DNA of 64,000 nt. Source: Haliotis rubra. Lineage: Eukaryota. Shown one piece after another: positions 1 to 11,805 of the stretch. The notes beneath the pieces were generated by a model. That model was not told where the DNA came from. It saw only the letters and a program-made list of their open reading frames with translations, and did not search any database. Numbering within the stretch: position 1 is the stretch's first letter; the number at the start of each line of letters is the position of its first letter. The translations under genes and the position numbers were made by a program. The stretch covers positions 372,001-436,000 of the forward strand of contig NW_025767104.1 in NCBI RefSeq assembly GCF_003918875.1, read 5' to 3'.

Positions 1-768
1 GATGATACATTTCTCAGACGAAAGTCAAATGCGGAGTAGTTATTTTCAACAGCATGACATTTACATCATTGTATATGAGGCTAAGTTACTGTGTTTCGTT
101 AGTATAACGTGTGATCATGGAGCATCATTTAAGCACATCAGATGTTGTAGTGGTACTCACGGTGAGGATGTGTTGTTGCGCAGCCATTGTCAACGTCCTT
201 AGTGGATGTGTATCTATGCAAGCTGTGACCAAGTTTCCTTGACCTCATTGCAAAACTACTGAATTGTGCCTTGGCAACTGTGCATATCAGACGTTGAACC
301 CTTGAGAGTCTTCGTTATATAACGTTCATTGAGAGTCCTCGTTATATAACGTTTACACGTAACGTTTTCTCTTCAAACATTTCTCAATTACACTTTTGCC
401 TTATCCAAATTACTGTCCCCTGTTTAAAGTTTGGAGTTTATTATCAGTTAAGAACATTTCTGTCAACTGGCCACAAGACATTTGTGCATATTATATTTGG
501 ACATCGATATTGGAGGTCTTCAGATCATTCTGAAGGTTAGTGTCTTTCTTTACTTTTTGTAGTTTGTACATATTCATTTGATGTATACGCATATTGTGTT
601 TATGCTTTGATAATTTGGCTGTTTTGTCAAATTGTAAATATTGAGTAGTTTGTGATAACTAGTTGCAGAATGTAATGCATTATAAGTCTAATTATTTACA
701 AACGGTAAATAATTCAATAATTCATTTATCAGTGTTAAACTTAACCTTTAAGTACTATACAGCTGTCG

Positions 769-880
769 TATGAATGTGTAAATGTATGAATGTATGAATG
801 TATGAATGTGTAAATGTATGAATGTATGAATGTATAATGTGTAAATGTATGAATGCATAATGTGTGAATGTAAGAATGAA
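769..880. repeat. (TGAATGTA)n-like microsatellite
   Basis: Tandem tgaatgta/tgtaaatg units visible directly. Confidence 0.85.
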
Positions 881-2659
881 GCAGGATTTTACCATTATAT
901 ATATTTTAAATGTTTCTCATTAATCAACAATAACTAAACGTATTTGTTGTATTGTTATTGCTGTCATTTGATTGGTCTGCACAGTGTGTATATATGTTTC
1001 ATTTATTCGTGCAGATGTAGGTGTAGTGCTGGTGCAGCTGTCGGTGTACTGATTATACCCAGGTCCACACACTTGGGGGGTTTATTACATTTTATATATG
1101 CATTGTGAAATGACTACATGATAAGAACTGCTTGTTTCCCTATATGATATGATATGATATGTATATGCCTATCTATGCATGAATTAAAGTATAAATGAAT
1201 GTGTCATCAATGAAATATTGAGGCAATGTATATGGAATAGATTCGCAATAATGATATTTTGTAAATGGTTATATTTAAAGATATTGATGATTGATATTAT
1301 CTATCAGGATATATTTATGTTTTGTCTAAAGAATGTTTTAATTGTTTCAGGGTTTTTTACATGAACTATCAGAAATAAAGGGCCATAATGCGAACACCAC
1401 CGTGTCTGTTCTATTGATGAAACAGTTCCGGTTTCAATGGAGCCCCAAGTGAGGAATATGGCCTAACAAGACACCGTCACCTGCGTATTGACCTCATCAC
1501 CCTTCTGTCCACTACATGTGCTATGACGTCATTCTCGGAGACTGATAAGATGCAGTTACACGCATGAGAGACATCTTTGAGACATATTTGTGTATTTTAT
1601 ATATAGACAGTTTAAAAATGTGTTTCATGTGAGCCACCAGTGTTCAAGCAATCAGGGAACGTTCTGGCGTTCAGTTATTTCACTGTACAGACATTGTCCG
1701 TACTTTGCTGTATGCATAGTGTTGATACTAATGTAGCTTTAAGTTACACACCCGGGTTTAGCTAGACTGTCTACTTTGTCATGTGATATCACTGCATGTG
1801 ATACTTACACGTACTGTAGATTCTTGCCCTAGTTGAGCTTTCCTGTGTATATTTTGATGACTTTGCCGTGCCTGCGAGCACATACTGATTCATATACATT
1901 GTTGTTTCTTTCAGTGAGCGCTTACATCTTTAGTATTTTGTTTGAAAGAAAATCATATGTTCCTCCTCCGTGTGTTGCCGTGTGATTGCTTGAACAATGA
2001 CTGAGAATATCATGTTGGTTTGATGTGTGTATGAATGAAGTGAGATTCCAAACTTTACATTTAAACTTTGCCAAATAAACAACTAAATTTATAAAACTAG
2101 TTAAGTTTCATCACGTAGGGCTGGTGTTGTGTTCCAAGTTCAGTAGTTGTATTACTATTGCTCTTTGCGGGTGGAATTATACCTTATTGTTCTTTCATTT
2201 GCATTAATTTTTTCTTCCTGTGTCAATAGGGATTTGCCATGTTTGCTGGGTTTGTTGTTATGGTTGATACGTAAGTATTGTCTTAGCATTCCCTTATTTC
2301 CGTTTCTTTGCCCCTGCGCGCGCGAATATACATTGTATATGCACACAAGCACAACTGTTTGCACAACTGTCAACTTTGTCCTTCATATTTGGTCTCTTTG
2401 ACCTGTGTCAAACATTAAGAGCTTTTATGCTAATGGTTTAGTTGTTCAGTATTTCAGGTATCACCCCTATTTTTCGGTGTGTGGGTCATTAACCCAGTAG
2501 CACACGCACTCATTTGCATTATGCGCTTGTTGTTCAGTATATCCTGAGCGTACAAGTACATATTCGTATTGCCACTTGCTTTCATCAGGCTATCACGATT
2601 CTCACAACATTTATGTTGTTGTCCCTTATCATTCATCTTCATTTTGTTCTCTCGCCATC

Positions 2660-3780
2660 ATGAGTAAACCACTACCTGAAGAGTTCGAGAAACGTATCTC
2701 CTCCTTTCAGGCTCTTGGTACCTGGCCTACTGTTGATAATGCAGAGGACTTGGTAAAGTGGATGCGACCATACACTAGCCCAAGGTGAAGGCTGAGGATG
2801 GTGCATCCATCCTGCCTTCTAACTCAGGTACTCCGTCAAATTCAAATAGTTCAGGCACTCAAGCACCTGTTACGTTAGCACAGGCAGCAAAAGTTCCATC
2901 TTTTTCTGGGCGAAGAAGGGCGAAACATATTTTGATGTATGGAAATATCATGTTGAGTGTCTGATTCAAAACAAGTCTTTTTCACCACAGACTGTTGCAA
3001 ACATAGTCCAGCAATCCCTGCGTGGTAGGGCGGCCACGGTTGCCATGTGTCTTGGACCTGAGGCTGATATCCAACAACTCATTTCCAAGCTAAATTCTAC
3101 TTTTAGTAGCGTAGATACGGGTCAATCACTTCTAGCTAATTTCTATAGCTCACGTCAAGAGGCCACAGAGGAAGTTGCTTCATGGGCATGCAGGTTAGAG
3201 CATTTACTCATTCAAGGAGAGACACAAGGACCAGTTCCCCAGTCAACCAGGAATGAGATGCTCCGGACACAGTTATGGTCAGGGTCGAAGCCAGATCTCA
3301 GGGATCAGACATCCCACATCTATGATCAAGGAAGCACCTTTGATGACCTTCTTAGAGCTCTGCGGAGAGCTGAAGTGGATTTCAACTCCTAGTATGGCCG
3401 CTGTAAACCCACAGGACACTGAGATGAAGGAGATCAAAGGGATGCTGAGACAGCTGTCTAGTGAAGTTGCAGACCTGAAGAAGCAACTGAGTCACCCATC
3501 CCTTGTTTCCCCCGATCCTTGGATGAACCGAAACCCAGGTCCGATAGGACCATCACCAAATCAGCAGCTTCAACCTCAACAGTATTGGTCACCACAACCA
3601 GGAATGACATCACGGTACCAGGACTCTAGGAATCAGCGACCCTCTAAGGATTCTGTCACTGGAGAGCCCATTTCTGTCCGATGCAACCAGCCAGGACATC
3701 TACAGTATGGTTGCCGTGTAATACTGGATCACAGACGCACTTTAAACAGGAAGAAACCTATGGGACGGGGCAGGCCATAG
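2660..3780 (+). pseudogene. gag: Gypsy gag (PNMA/Arc-like capsid with degenerate CCHC knuckle), frameshifted
   Basis: ATG at 2660 (MSKPLPEEF). FSG..FDVWKYHV, SLRGRAA and FYSSRQE..E.V..WACRLE motifs. Knuckle SVRCNQPGHLQYGC. Split over ORFs 2576-2788, 3045-3392 and 3253-3780. Confidence 0.85.
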
Positions 3781-3799
3781 GTTATAGGAAGAAGGGCAA

Positions 3800-4170
3800 G
3801 TTGCCAAGCTGGTGGGTCAACCAAATGAAAGAATAGTTTTCATTAACCTCTTTTTGATACAGGCTCCACTGTGTCAACTGTCTCTCACAGCTTTTACACA
3901 CAAAAAATTTCTGATCTTTCCATTAAGCCTTTGGATGTATTCTTACAGATTGACTGTGCAGATGGACAACATCTCCCGTATTATGGCCACATTGAAGTTG
4001 AATTACAAGATACAGGGGCCATACCTTCACTTCCATGTATCTTACTAATTGTTCCAGATACATCCTACAACTCAACAGTCCCTGTGTTACTTGGTACCAA
4101 CATCTTGTCCACTTGTATAGACACCTGCAAGCAACAGTATGGAACACGTTTTCTCCAACAGGCAGAACTC
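3800..4170 (+). pseudogene. Gypsy aspartic protease domain
   Basis: LVGQPNE...DTGSTVSTVS...PVLLGTN motifs, frameshifted. Confidence 0.85.
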
Positions 4171-5768
4171 GTTTTCTCCAACAATCAAATACATATTTTA
4201 CTACCAGTAGAAAGTAATTTTGATTTTGTAACTCGGTGAAAACAAACCTAAATAGCATTTATCCTCAGACTGGCGGATGTTCGCGATAGGGCGCCGCTAT
4301 TTTTGAAAATCGTGAAGTCACGGGCTAAAGTCTGTTAGAATTAATGAGATTATGGTTTGTTTTCATCAAGTTAGAAAATCAAAACTACTGTCTACTCGTA
4401 GTTAAATATGTATTGGAATCATAGCCAAAAGGATTTTGCATGACACAACTTATAACATAACGATTTCTTCCACGGAAGCGAGGTGGGGGTCGAAGTGACA
4501 ATACTGCGCGATAAATTTCTTGCTACATTCTCGTGGTTAACGTCCACTCACCAGTATGTAGATACTAGTCAATGTGCGTCTTTATATTTGGTCTTATAAT
4601 CCTAATTAGTTTCATTTATTATCATACTTGTATGCATTTTGAAACTAAATAAAAAGCAGACGATCTGCTGATACTTATAGTGCATTTATAACTGAACTGT
4701 AATATCTAGACATTTTATAGTTTTCCAATGTGAATCATAATTCGCACACACACCCTAGCGTATGTTGTCTGTCTCATTACACTTCACGGCGAAAACAAGG
4801 ATTCTGTTGAATGCTATGACAAATGAATAAAAACAAAATGCAAATATTAAAATTAAAACAGATTAAAGTTATAGGAACAATGTCAGGCTATTACCTTGTT
4901 CGAAGAATGCTTCCATCAATATCCACAAAAACGAGTGATATGCCATTCATTTGCAGCCGTTCCAAGTGATGTGTCTGTCTTTTAAGATAACAGTAATTAA
5001 TCAATCAGCGTGTTATCGGTTAATCCTTTGATCGATGTTTATAATGTTGAATATTTACTCCAGACACAAGAAATGCCAAATGGGAACCTTTGTCAGGTAA
5101 TCTAAGTGTGTTACCACTAATTATACCTGTTATAAATTCATTAACTGACCATCAAGTGAATGATGACAAATAACATGTGTAGGTTTATACCACCTAACAC
5201 GGGTCACAACAAGGGAGTATTAATTGCTGTATCGCATGTGAAAACTTATGGGCCGACACTGTTTTGAGAATACAAACAGAGTTTTACTTGACATGATTAA
5301 ATATCGAGGTAAAAAAACACAGAAATAGGATCATTATACAAATAAGGCCTAACGACACCAAGCGATTTTGACAGAATCGTCTATGAAAACAAGTTGTAAC
5401 TCGGAAACTAGGCAAAGCAGTAGACAAAATTAAATGACAGTAGATTGTGAGAACATATAGCTTTCATTTTCCACAACAGTTGTCACGATTTCAGGTTTAT
5501 ACAAACCTATAAAAAAGATAATTTACCCCCTGAAATGTAGATGAATTCTGCATCAGCCCTCATATCTATTCCTCATATGACGTCACAGAGACGCCCCGCT
5601 CTGATTGGTTGAAATTTCGTTCGCTGGTGAGAATTGTGCACTGTTGTCAAAAAGGTCGATTTAAGCTAATTAAAGACCGAAGTGAGTAGTTTTAATGACG
5701 GGGTTTCATTTATAGCGATGTCAGTTAGTGATTTATGTATTTGTACCCCCCTAGAGTATATGTGATCT
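4171..5768. mobile_element. Non-coding insertion replacing the RT core; probable non-autonomous TTAA-type (Kolobok-like) DNA element
   Basis: AT-rich and without ORFs. Pol homology stops near 4170 and resumes at TTAA 5769-5772. The right end read on minus is TTAA|AGATCACATATACTCTAGGGGGG. No matching left terminus found. Confidence 0.5.
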
Positions 5769-8584
5769 TTAAACGATCCAGAGAGACAGGAATGAAGCTA
5801 AGCGCTGACAAGTGTTCTTTCTTTAAGAAGAAGATCAAGTTTCTTGGTCACATCGTGTCTGAAGATGGCATTGAGGCAGATCCTGACAAGATACAGAGGA
5901 TTAAGGACTGGCCTACACCTGTGAACCCTGATGAAGTGCGCAAGTTTCTTGGATTTGCAGGTTACTACAGGAAATTCGTCAAGAACTTTGCCAAGATTTC
6001 CAAGCCTCTATCAGCTTTGATGCCAGCTACAAAGACCAGGGCACGAAGCAGAACAAATCAAGCCAACAAACCAGACAAGCCATGGCAATGGGGACCAAAA
6101 TATAATAGTGCGTTCAAGACAATTACGACATGCCTGTTAACACCACCAGTTCTTGGGTATGCAGATTATACCAAGCCATTTGAAGTTCACACCGATGCCA
6201 GTAGCCATGGAATGGGAGCTGTCTTGTACCAAGAACAGAATGGATTGAAGAAAGTCATCAGTTATGCAAGCCGTGTATTGAACAAGGCAGAGAGTAACTA
6301 TTCAGCACACCGTCTAGAATTTCTAGCTTTGAAATGGGCAATGACTGAAAAGTTCAAGGATTATCTGTATGGCAATACCTTCCGTGTATTATACTGATAA
6401 TAACCCTCTTACCTATGTGCTTACTTCTGCAAAGTAGGATCCTACAGGACATCGCTGGCTAGTGGCCTTGTCAGCATACAATTTTGATATCATCTACAGA
6501 CCAGGGCTCAATAATGCAGATGCTGATTGACTCTCCAGACTACCAGGAATAGAAGCTGAAAGACAACACATAACATCAGAGTCAATATGGGCAGTTTGTA
6601 ACGTTTCGCAGGCCCATCCTTTGGTACACAGCCTTTGCTTTTTAGCAACGCCAGATCTAGCAGGCCTAGAAGACCCCGGAAAGGACCTTGAAGTGATGAC
6701 AGACAGAGACTGGAGTAAGGCTCAGGCTGCAGATGACGTTCTTAGGCTATGGATTAACTTCATAAGGATTAACAGGAACCCAAAACGACAGGATTATCCC
6801 CCTTCTCAATCCAACACTGCTATCTACAGGAACTTTGACAGCCTAGATCTTCAAGATGGAATCCTCTGCAGGAAAACTAACATCAATGGCCAAGAACGAC
6901 ACCAGCGTGTTTTACCATCAGCCATGATTGAACATGTGCTAAGAGGACTTCACGGTGATGTGGGACACCCCGGAAGAGACAGAACCCTGTCGCTCGTCAG
7001 AGATCGGTTCTTTTGGCCGGGCATGGTCAAAGATGTGGAAGACTGGATCCAGAGATGTGACAGATGTTTAAGACAGAAGTCTCCCACCAATGCACGTGCT
7101 CCTTTAGTCAACATCACCACCACCCAGCCTTTAGAGCTTGTCTGTCTTGACTTTTTGACTTTAGAACCATCAAAGGGAGGCCACCAGAATATTCTCGTCA
7201 TCACAGACCACTTTACGAGATATGCACAAGCTATCCCAACTAGGAATCAGACTGTAAACACAACAGCAGAAGCCTTGTTCAAGAATTTCATAATGCACTA
7301 TGGGATCCTAAACCGTATCCATAGTGATCAAGGAACAAACTTTGGGAGTCAACTTATGAAGGAATTGTGCAATCTCTTGGGAATGGAGAAAAGCCGGACT
7401 ACATCTTATCATCCCATGGGTAACGGTATGGTTGAACGCTTCAACCGGACACTGCTTAACATGTTGGGAACACTCCAGCCAGACAAGAAAGCAGACTGGA
7501 AAACCTATGTAGCTCCTCTCGTCCACGCCTATAACAGCATCCGGCATGAATCAAACATCCAGTCTCCATTCTTCCTTATGTTTGGTCGTGAGCCTCGTCT
7601 TCCAATAGACCTTGCTTTTGGGATAGAGACCAACAAGAGTCACCAGTCTCTTACAGCTTATTCAGAGTCTCTGAAGCAGAAGCTCCAAGAAGCCGATACC
7701 CTGGCATCCAAGGCGTCAAAGACAGCCCAAGACAAGCAGAAGGTCAGCTATGAGTGAAGCCGAGAGGTGCCACAGTCCAAACAGGTGATAGAGTTCTGGT
7801 AAAGGCATTAGGCTTTAACGGTAAACACAAGTTGGCCGATCGATGGGAGGAAGATCCTTATGTTGTTCTCTTGCAACCAAACAAGGATATCCCTGTGTTT
7901 GTAGTGCAAAGAGAATCTGGGGAGGGGAGGAAGAGGACGCTGCACATGAAAACTCTCCTGCCCATTGGATCAATACCAGCGATCATGGAGAACAACGGCA
8001 AACCGACAGCCACGAAGCCAACTCCTAGACTAAGAAAGACAGTGAAGAAGACTGTAGAAGATGATAATCATGAGGATAAAGAGTCTGAGTATGATGCTCC
8101 ATTCGTTTTTCCTACAGTTGCTGAGGATGTTACTATTATCACTGAGAACACTGTGGAAGAGAGTGTGGCTACTTCAGAGACAACAGGTGACGATCTACAG
8201 TCTCTTGAAGTAGCAGGTGATGCTTCTGGTGGTGACGACCACATACCTGAAGGAGAAAGCAGCTCAGAAGCAGATCCTGCAGCAGTGCAACCATCACAGA
8301 ACACCGCAGCAGAGCCGGAAGACTCAGTCAGTGATGATCTACCCCCTCCTGCACCTCCTGATCCTCATCCTCAACCCGTACCTGCACAAAGAAGAACTGG
8401 TAGACTGACAAGGAAGCCTGCCTGGCAGACCTCGGGAGATAATGTGATGTGTCAGACTTCTGACCCAGATTGGCAGCAGAAGAGTCGACGCTTAGAACAA
8501 CTGGCAGCTACAGGCATTTTGGGGCACATCAGCCCCAGTATCTCCAAGGCATTGCTTTCACTTGTTGATGAAGAACCGGAATGA
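5769..8584 (+). pseudogene. pol: Gypsy pol remainder: RT C-terminus, RNase H, integrase and acidic/Pro-rich tail
   Basis: KC.F...FLGH.VS..GI..DP.KI, FLGFAGYYRKFV, DASSHGMGAVL, LHGDVGHPG..CDRC, LDF/SDQG/ERFNRTL. In-frame stops near 6397 and 6436. Confidence 0.95.
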
Positions 8585-8850
8585 AGAGGACATTATTATT
8601 CAAGGGAGGGAAGTATGTGACAGGATGAAATGTTTGTATGTATTTAGTGTTTTTATTCTTTAGTTTTAACTGAATTAAATATTCAGTTTAGTGTATTTTA
8701 AACATTATATACTTCACTCTTCAGCTTCTCTTAACCCCTCTCTGAGCTTACTGCATGAGTTTTCTGCCTCAGTCACAGTCACCTAGAGCACAGCCACACA
8801 AAAGCACTTACTGTCCCTTTGCCATAAACCTTTTTAGCTTCCGGTTTCAG

Positions 8851-9172
8851 TCATTTCTTGGGAGTCCTAAAAACTCCGACAGTTTCTGTACAGCCGCGAC
8901 TGGATCCTGTACACATTAAAAGAAGATTTATTTCAGACCAGTGTACAGAACACCCTGAATGTCCTATTTGTGTCACTTTTTTATGTAAATTTCAGAGTAT
9001 TAGAGTCGAGTTGTTTTTCATAACATCCATATCAGCTTAGAACACATTGCCATCACTAGTATTCACAGATGTTCTATTCCTTAACAATTATTCTGCACAG
9101 TATTGTACTTCAAGTAAACTTCAACACAGTTAACAAATGCAAAGTCTAGTCAATTCGGGAACCCATGAATAT
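8851..9172 (-). pseudogene. Truncated sulfotransferase gene fragment (5' part of exon 5 plus upstream intron)
   Basis: Closely matches 12601-12930 of gene A. Acceptor cag|GAT at 8906 encodes [19 protein letters not shown], then abuts LTR sequence. Confidence 0.85.
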
Positions 9173-9633
9173 ATGTAATTCAACAATATCTCATTCCTCG
9201 GCAATTTGTAAGAGACAACAAGAATGTGTTAAGTAATCTCAGCATTGTGAATGTCAGACATGTCATGATGCATATATACTACCCATCAACAGTTTAGACT
9301 CATTAGTGTAAATGTAGTCACTTACTTCGGGCAACTGTTCTAAACTTGATTTTGCAAAATATTCCATTCTGTTTAAAGGTACTGTTTACACATGAACTAA
9401 TGTATTGTAAAACAAATTCGTAACGTTGAAAAGATTATTGTCATGAGTTCAGTAAACGATGTAAATCAGTGAAAATTGGCGAATTCTTAACAAAACTTTA
9501 CATCAAAACGCAGCTGTTCACATGAACGATATTTGCACATGTTTTTTAGCAATTTGATGCATGGTCCTCGTACAATTCATCTGCATAAAGTTTGCAGTTG
9601 GTTCCCCAAGTTAGTGGAGGCATTCATCTTCGA

Positions 9634-11646
9634 TGAGAGAGAGACAGAGCGTGTGTTTACTTCCTCCAGTAGTTACCGAAGATTACAAACAAAAACATCA
9701 TATTATTACAACACATACATGAATACTAACAATTGGATGTTTAGAGACATATGTACAGAAATTTATGACATGAAGAGAATCATTCTGTATTACAGTTCAC
9801 AAGGTGAGGTTTCAGGTCATATACATACAAAGAAAAGCGTAACAGTATGGTTTCCCATTGTGTTGAATCTAGAGAGTTATAAAAGTCGTTTTCTGCTCCG
9901 AAGAGAAATGACAACACATCTTGTTCACCTTGCATTTCAAATATTACGTAAGTTTCAACATCAAGTTTATCAAGTATGCAAAGAAATCATTTCGTTGTTG
10001 TATTAAGTTTTCACAGTGGAGAAGCATATGGAAATCATAGTCAAATGTTTGTTCATTACAAAGAGCACACTTTTTTGAGAATTTACCTCTTGATAATATT
10101 TTGACACAAAATTGCAAGGAAGATATATAATTAGGGTGTTTATATGCCAGTTGCCAGAGAGTATGATAAGAGAGTGTAGTATGAGTTGTTGCGTAAAATG
10201 ACATGTTTGAACGATAGAGAGTTTGTGATCGCCATAATTGTTATTCATAACTATGTACAGTAGCATTTACAATTCATCTCCATACACGTTTTGGAGGAAA
10301 TATGCCTTGAGCAATATAATTGTCAACAAATGTATTTAGATTATACTTTTCAGATATTGATAAAAGATCATCACAGATGTTGTTAGATTTTACTGAAGTT
10401 GTAATAGCAGCACAAAAGATATGTTTTGCAAAGTTGTTACACTCAGTGCTACATAGTCGCCCAAGAAATAGTAGTTTACATTTATCGATATACCCAGTTA
10501 GTGACCATAATCCCAAATTTGCAATGGTAGATATTGATGATGACCTCTTACCAAGACCTTGCACAAGACGAGCAAAGTATCTTTGTGTTTGTTCAAAGGT
10601 GTCAGCCTGTTGGACTTTGATGTTTGGTTATACTTCACAGCCATAGAGACTAGTTTTAAGAATCATTCTGAGCCATATTTGAACACAAGTGATTGGATGT
10701 AGGCCAGAATCATTCAGTCCAATAGATCTAAGTGAGTTTACATTCTGTATTGCTTTCTGACAATACTTTTTACTTCTAGTTTTTGTTGTGAGGTTACTTG
10801 TAAAGAGTACACCCCAATATACGGTAGATTCTGATAAGGGGATTGGGGTGTTACAGTGCTACAGTGGACGTTTACATCATAGCCTTTTCTTTTGCTAAAA
10901 ACGACGATGGTACTTTTTGATGGGTTATATGTTAGACGCCATTTAGAAGCGTATGAAGAGACAATATCAAGTGATACCTGTAGGCCATTAGGGGATGTGC
11001 TTATGAGTGTAGTATCGTCAGCAAGCAAGACAGTTGGAACGTCCATACCAAAGACACGGATACCACAGCCAGCTTCTCTTAAAGATGTAATTAGGTCATT
11101 AATAAAAATGAGAAAAAAACAAGAGGATATAACCCTCCCTTGTCCAACACCTTGTTTGACCAAGTACATATCTGACCTCTCGCCGTGGTATGCAACAAAT
11201 GATTGGCTATTGGTGTAACAGTGATGTAACAGTTTCCATGTATTACCTCTAATACCAAGTTCATGAAGCTTATAGAATAAACCATCATGCCAAATTCTGT
11301 CGAAAGCTTTTGCATTGTCGAGAAAGGCTGTAAAGACAGGGGAATCTCTATGGTTATAGTATTGTATAGTCTCCCTGAGAGTAAACACAGATATTATGGC
11401 CCCATGCTCTTTTCGAAATCCAAATTGTAACTTATCAGGAAAGTCCGGATTTGATTTAAGCAATATATTTTCAATTCATTTGAGCAAGAGCTTTTCAAAT
11501 AATTTACCAAGGCAAGATGTTAGTGTGATACCTCTGTAGTTTCGAGAGTCGGTTTAATCATTTTTACCTTTGTATATTGATATTACCATTCCAATCCTAT
11601 ATTCGTATGGGACATATTGAGATTCAATCATATGATTGAATAGTTT
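9634..11646 (-). mobile_element. 5'-truncated, decayed non-LTR retrotransposon (RTE-X-like LINE)
   Basis: RT motifs NYRGITL, QFGFR, FLDNAKAFD.IWH, GVGQG, F..FINDL and LLADD. C-terminal CALC...H.LLHC. (CT)n-like 3' tail at 9634-9648. Clade assignment is an inference. Confidence 0.85.
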
Positions 11647-11805
11647 ACATACATAATTAATGAATACATCACCTGCATATATGATATGCTCGGTTTGCTG
11701 TCTACTTTGACAAACAACATCGCAATGCAGTTTAATTCATCATGTTTGAAATATGTATTTATGAACATTGGAACATTGTTATCATTAACATAAGCCTCAG
11801 TGGCT

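Larger units (their letters stand above)
2660..8850 (+). mobile_element. Decayed Ty3/Gypsy LTR retrotransposon (gag-PR-RT-RH-IN order), with polypurine tract and start of the 3' LTR
   Basis: PNMA-like gag, DTG protease, RT C-terminus, RNase H (DAS..GMGAVL) and integrase (HHCC + DDE) in Gypsy order. PPT aagggagggaagta at 8602-8615 is followed by TGTGACA at 8616. Many stops and frameshifts. Confidence 0.95.

Noticed and set aside
1-2600. 5' LTR and primer-binding site of the Gypsy element
   Set aside because: I could not find a match to 8616-8850 or a convincing TGG-starting PBS. The region may be LTR or UTR but its boundaries are unsupported.
2660-3780. Domesticated PNMA/Arc-like gag gene
   Set aside because: It has multiple frameshifts and is still embedded in a decayed retrotransposon.
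7754-8584. Separate env-like third ORF
   Set aside because: It begins with integrase C-terminal motifs (GDRVLV..KLADRW..PY.V) and has no signal peptide or transmembrane segment, so it is frameshifted pol.
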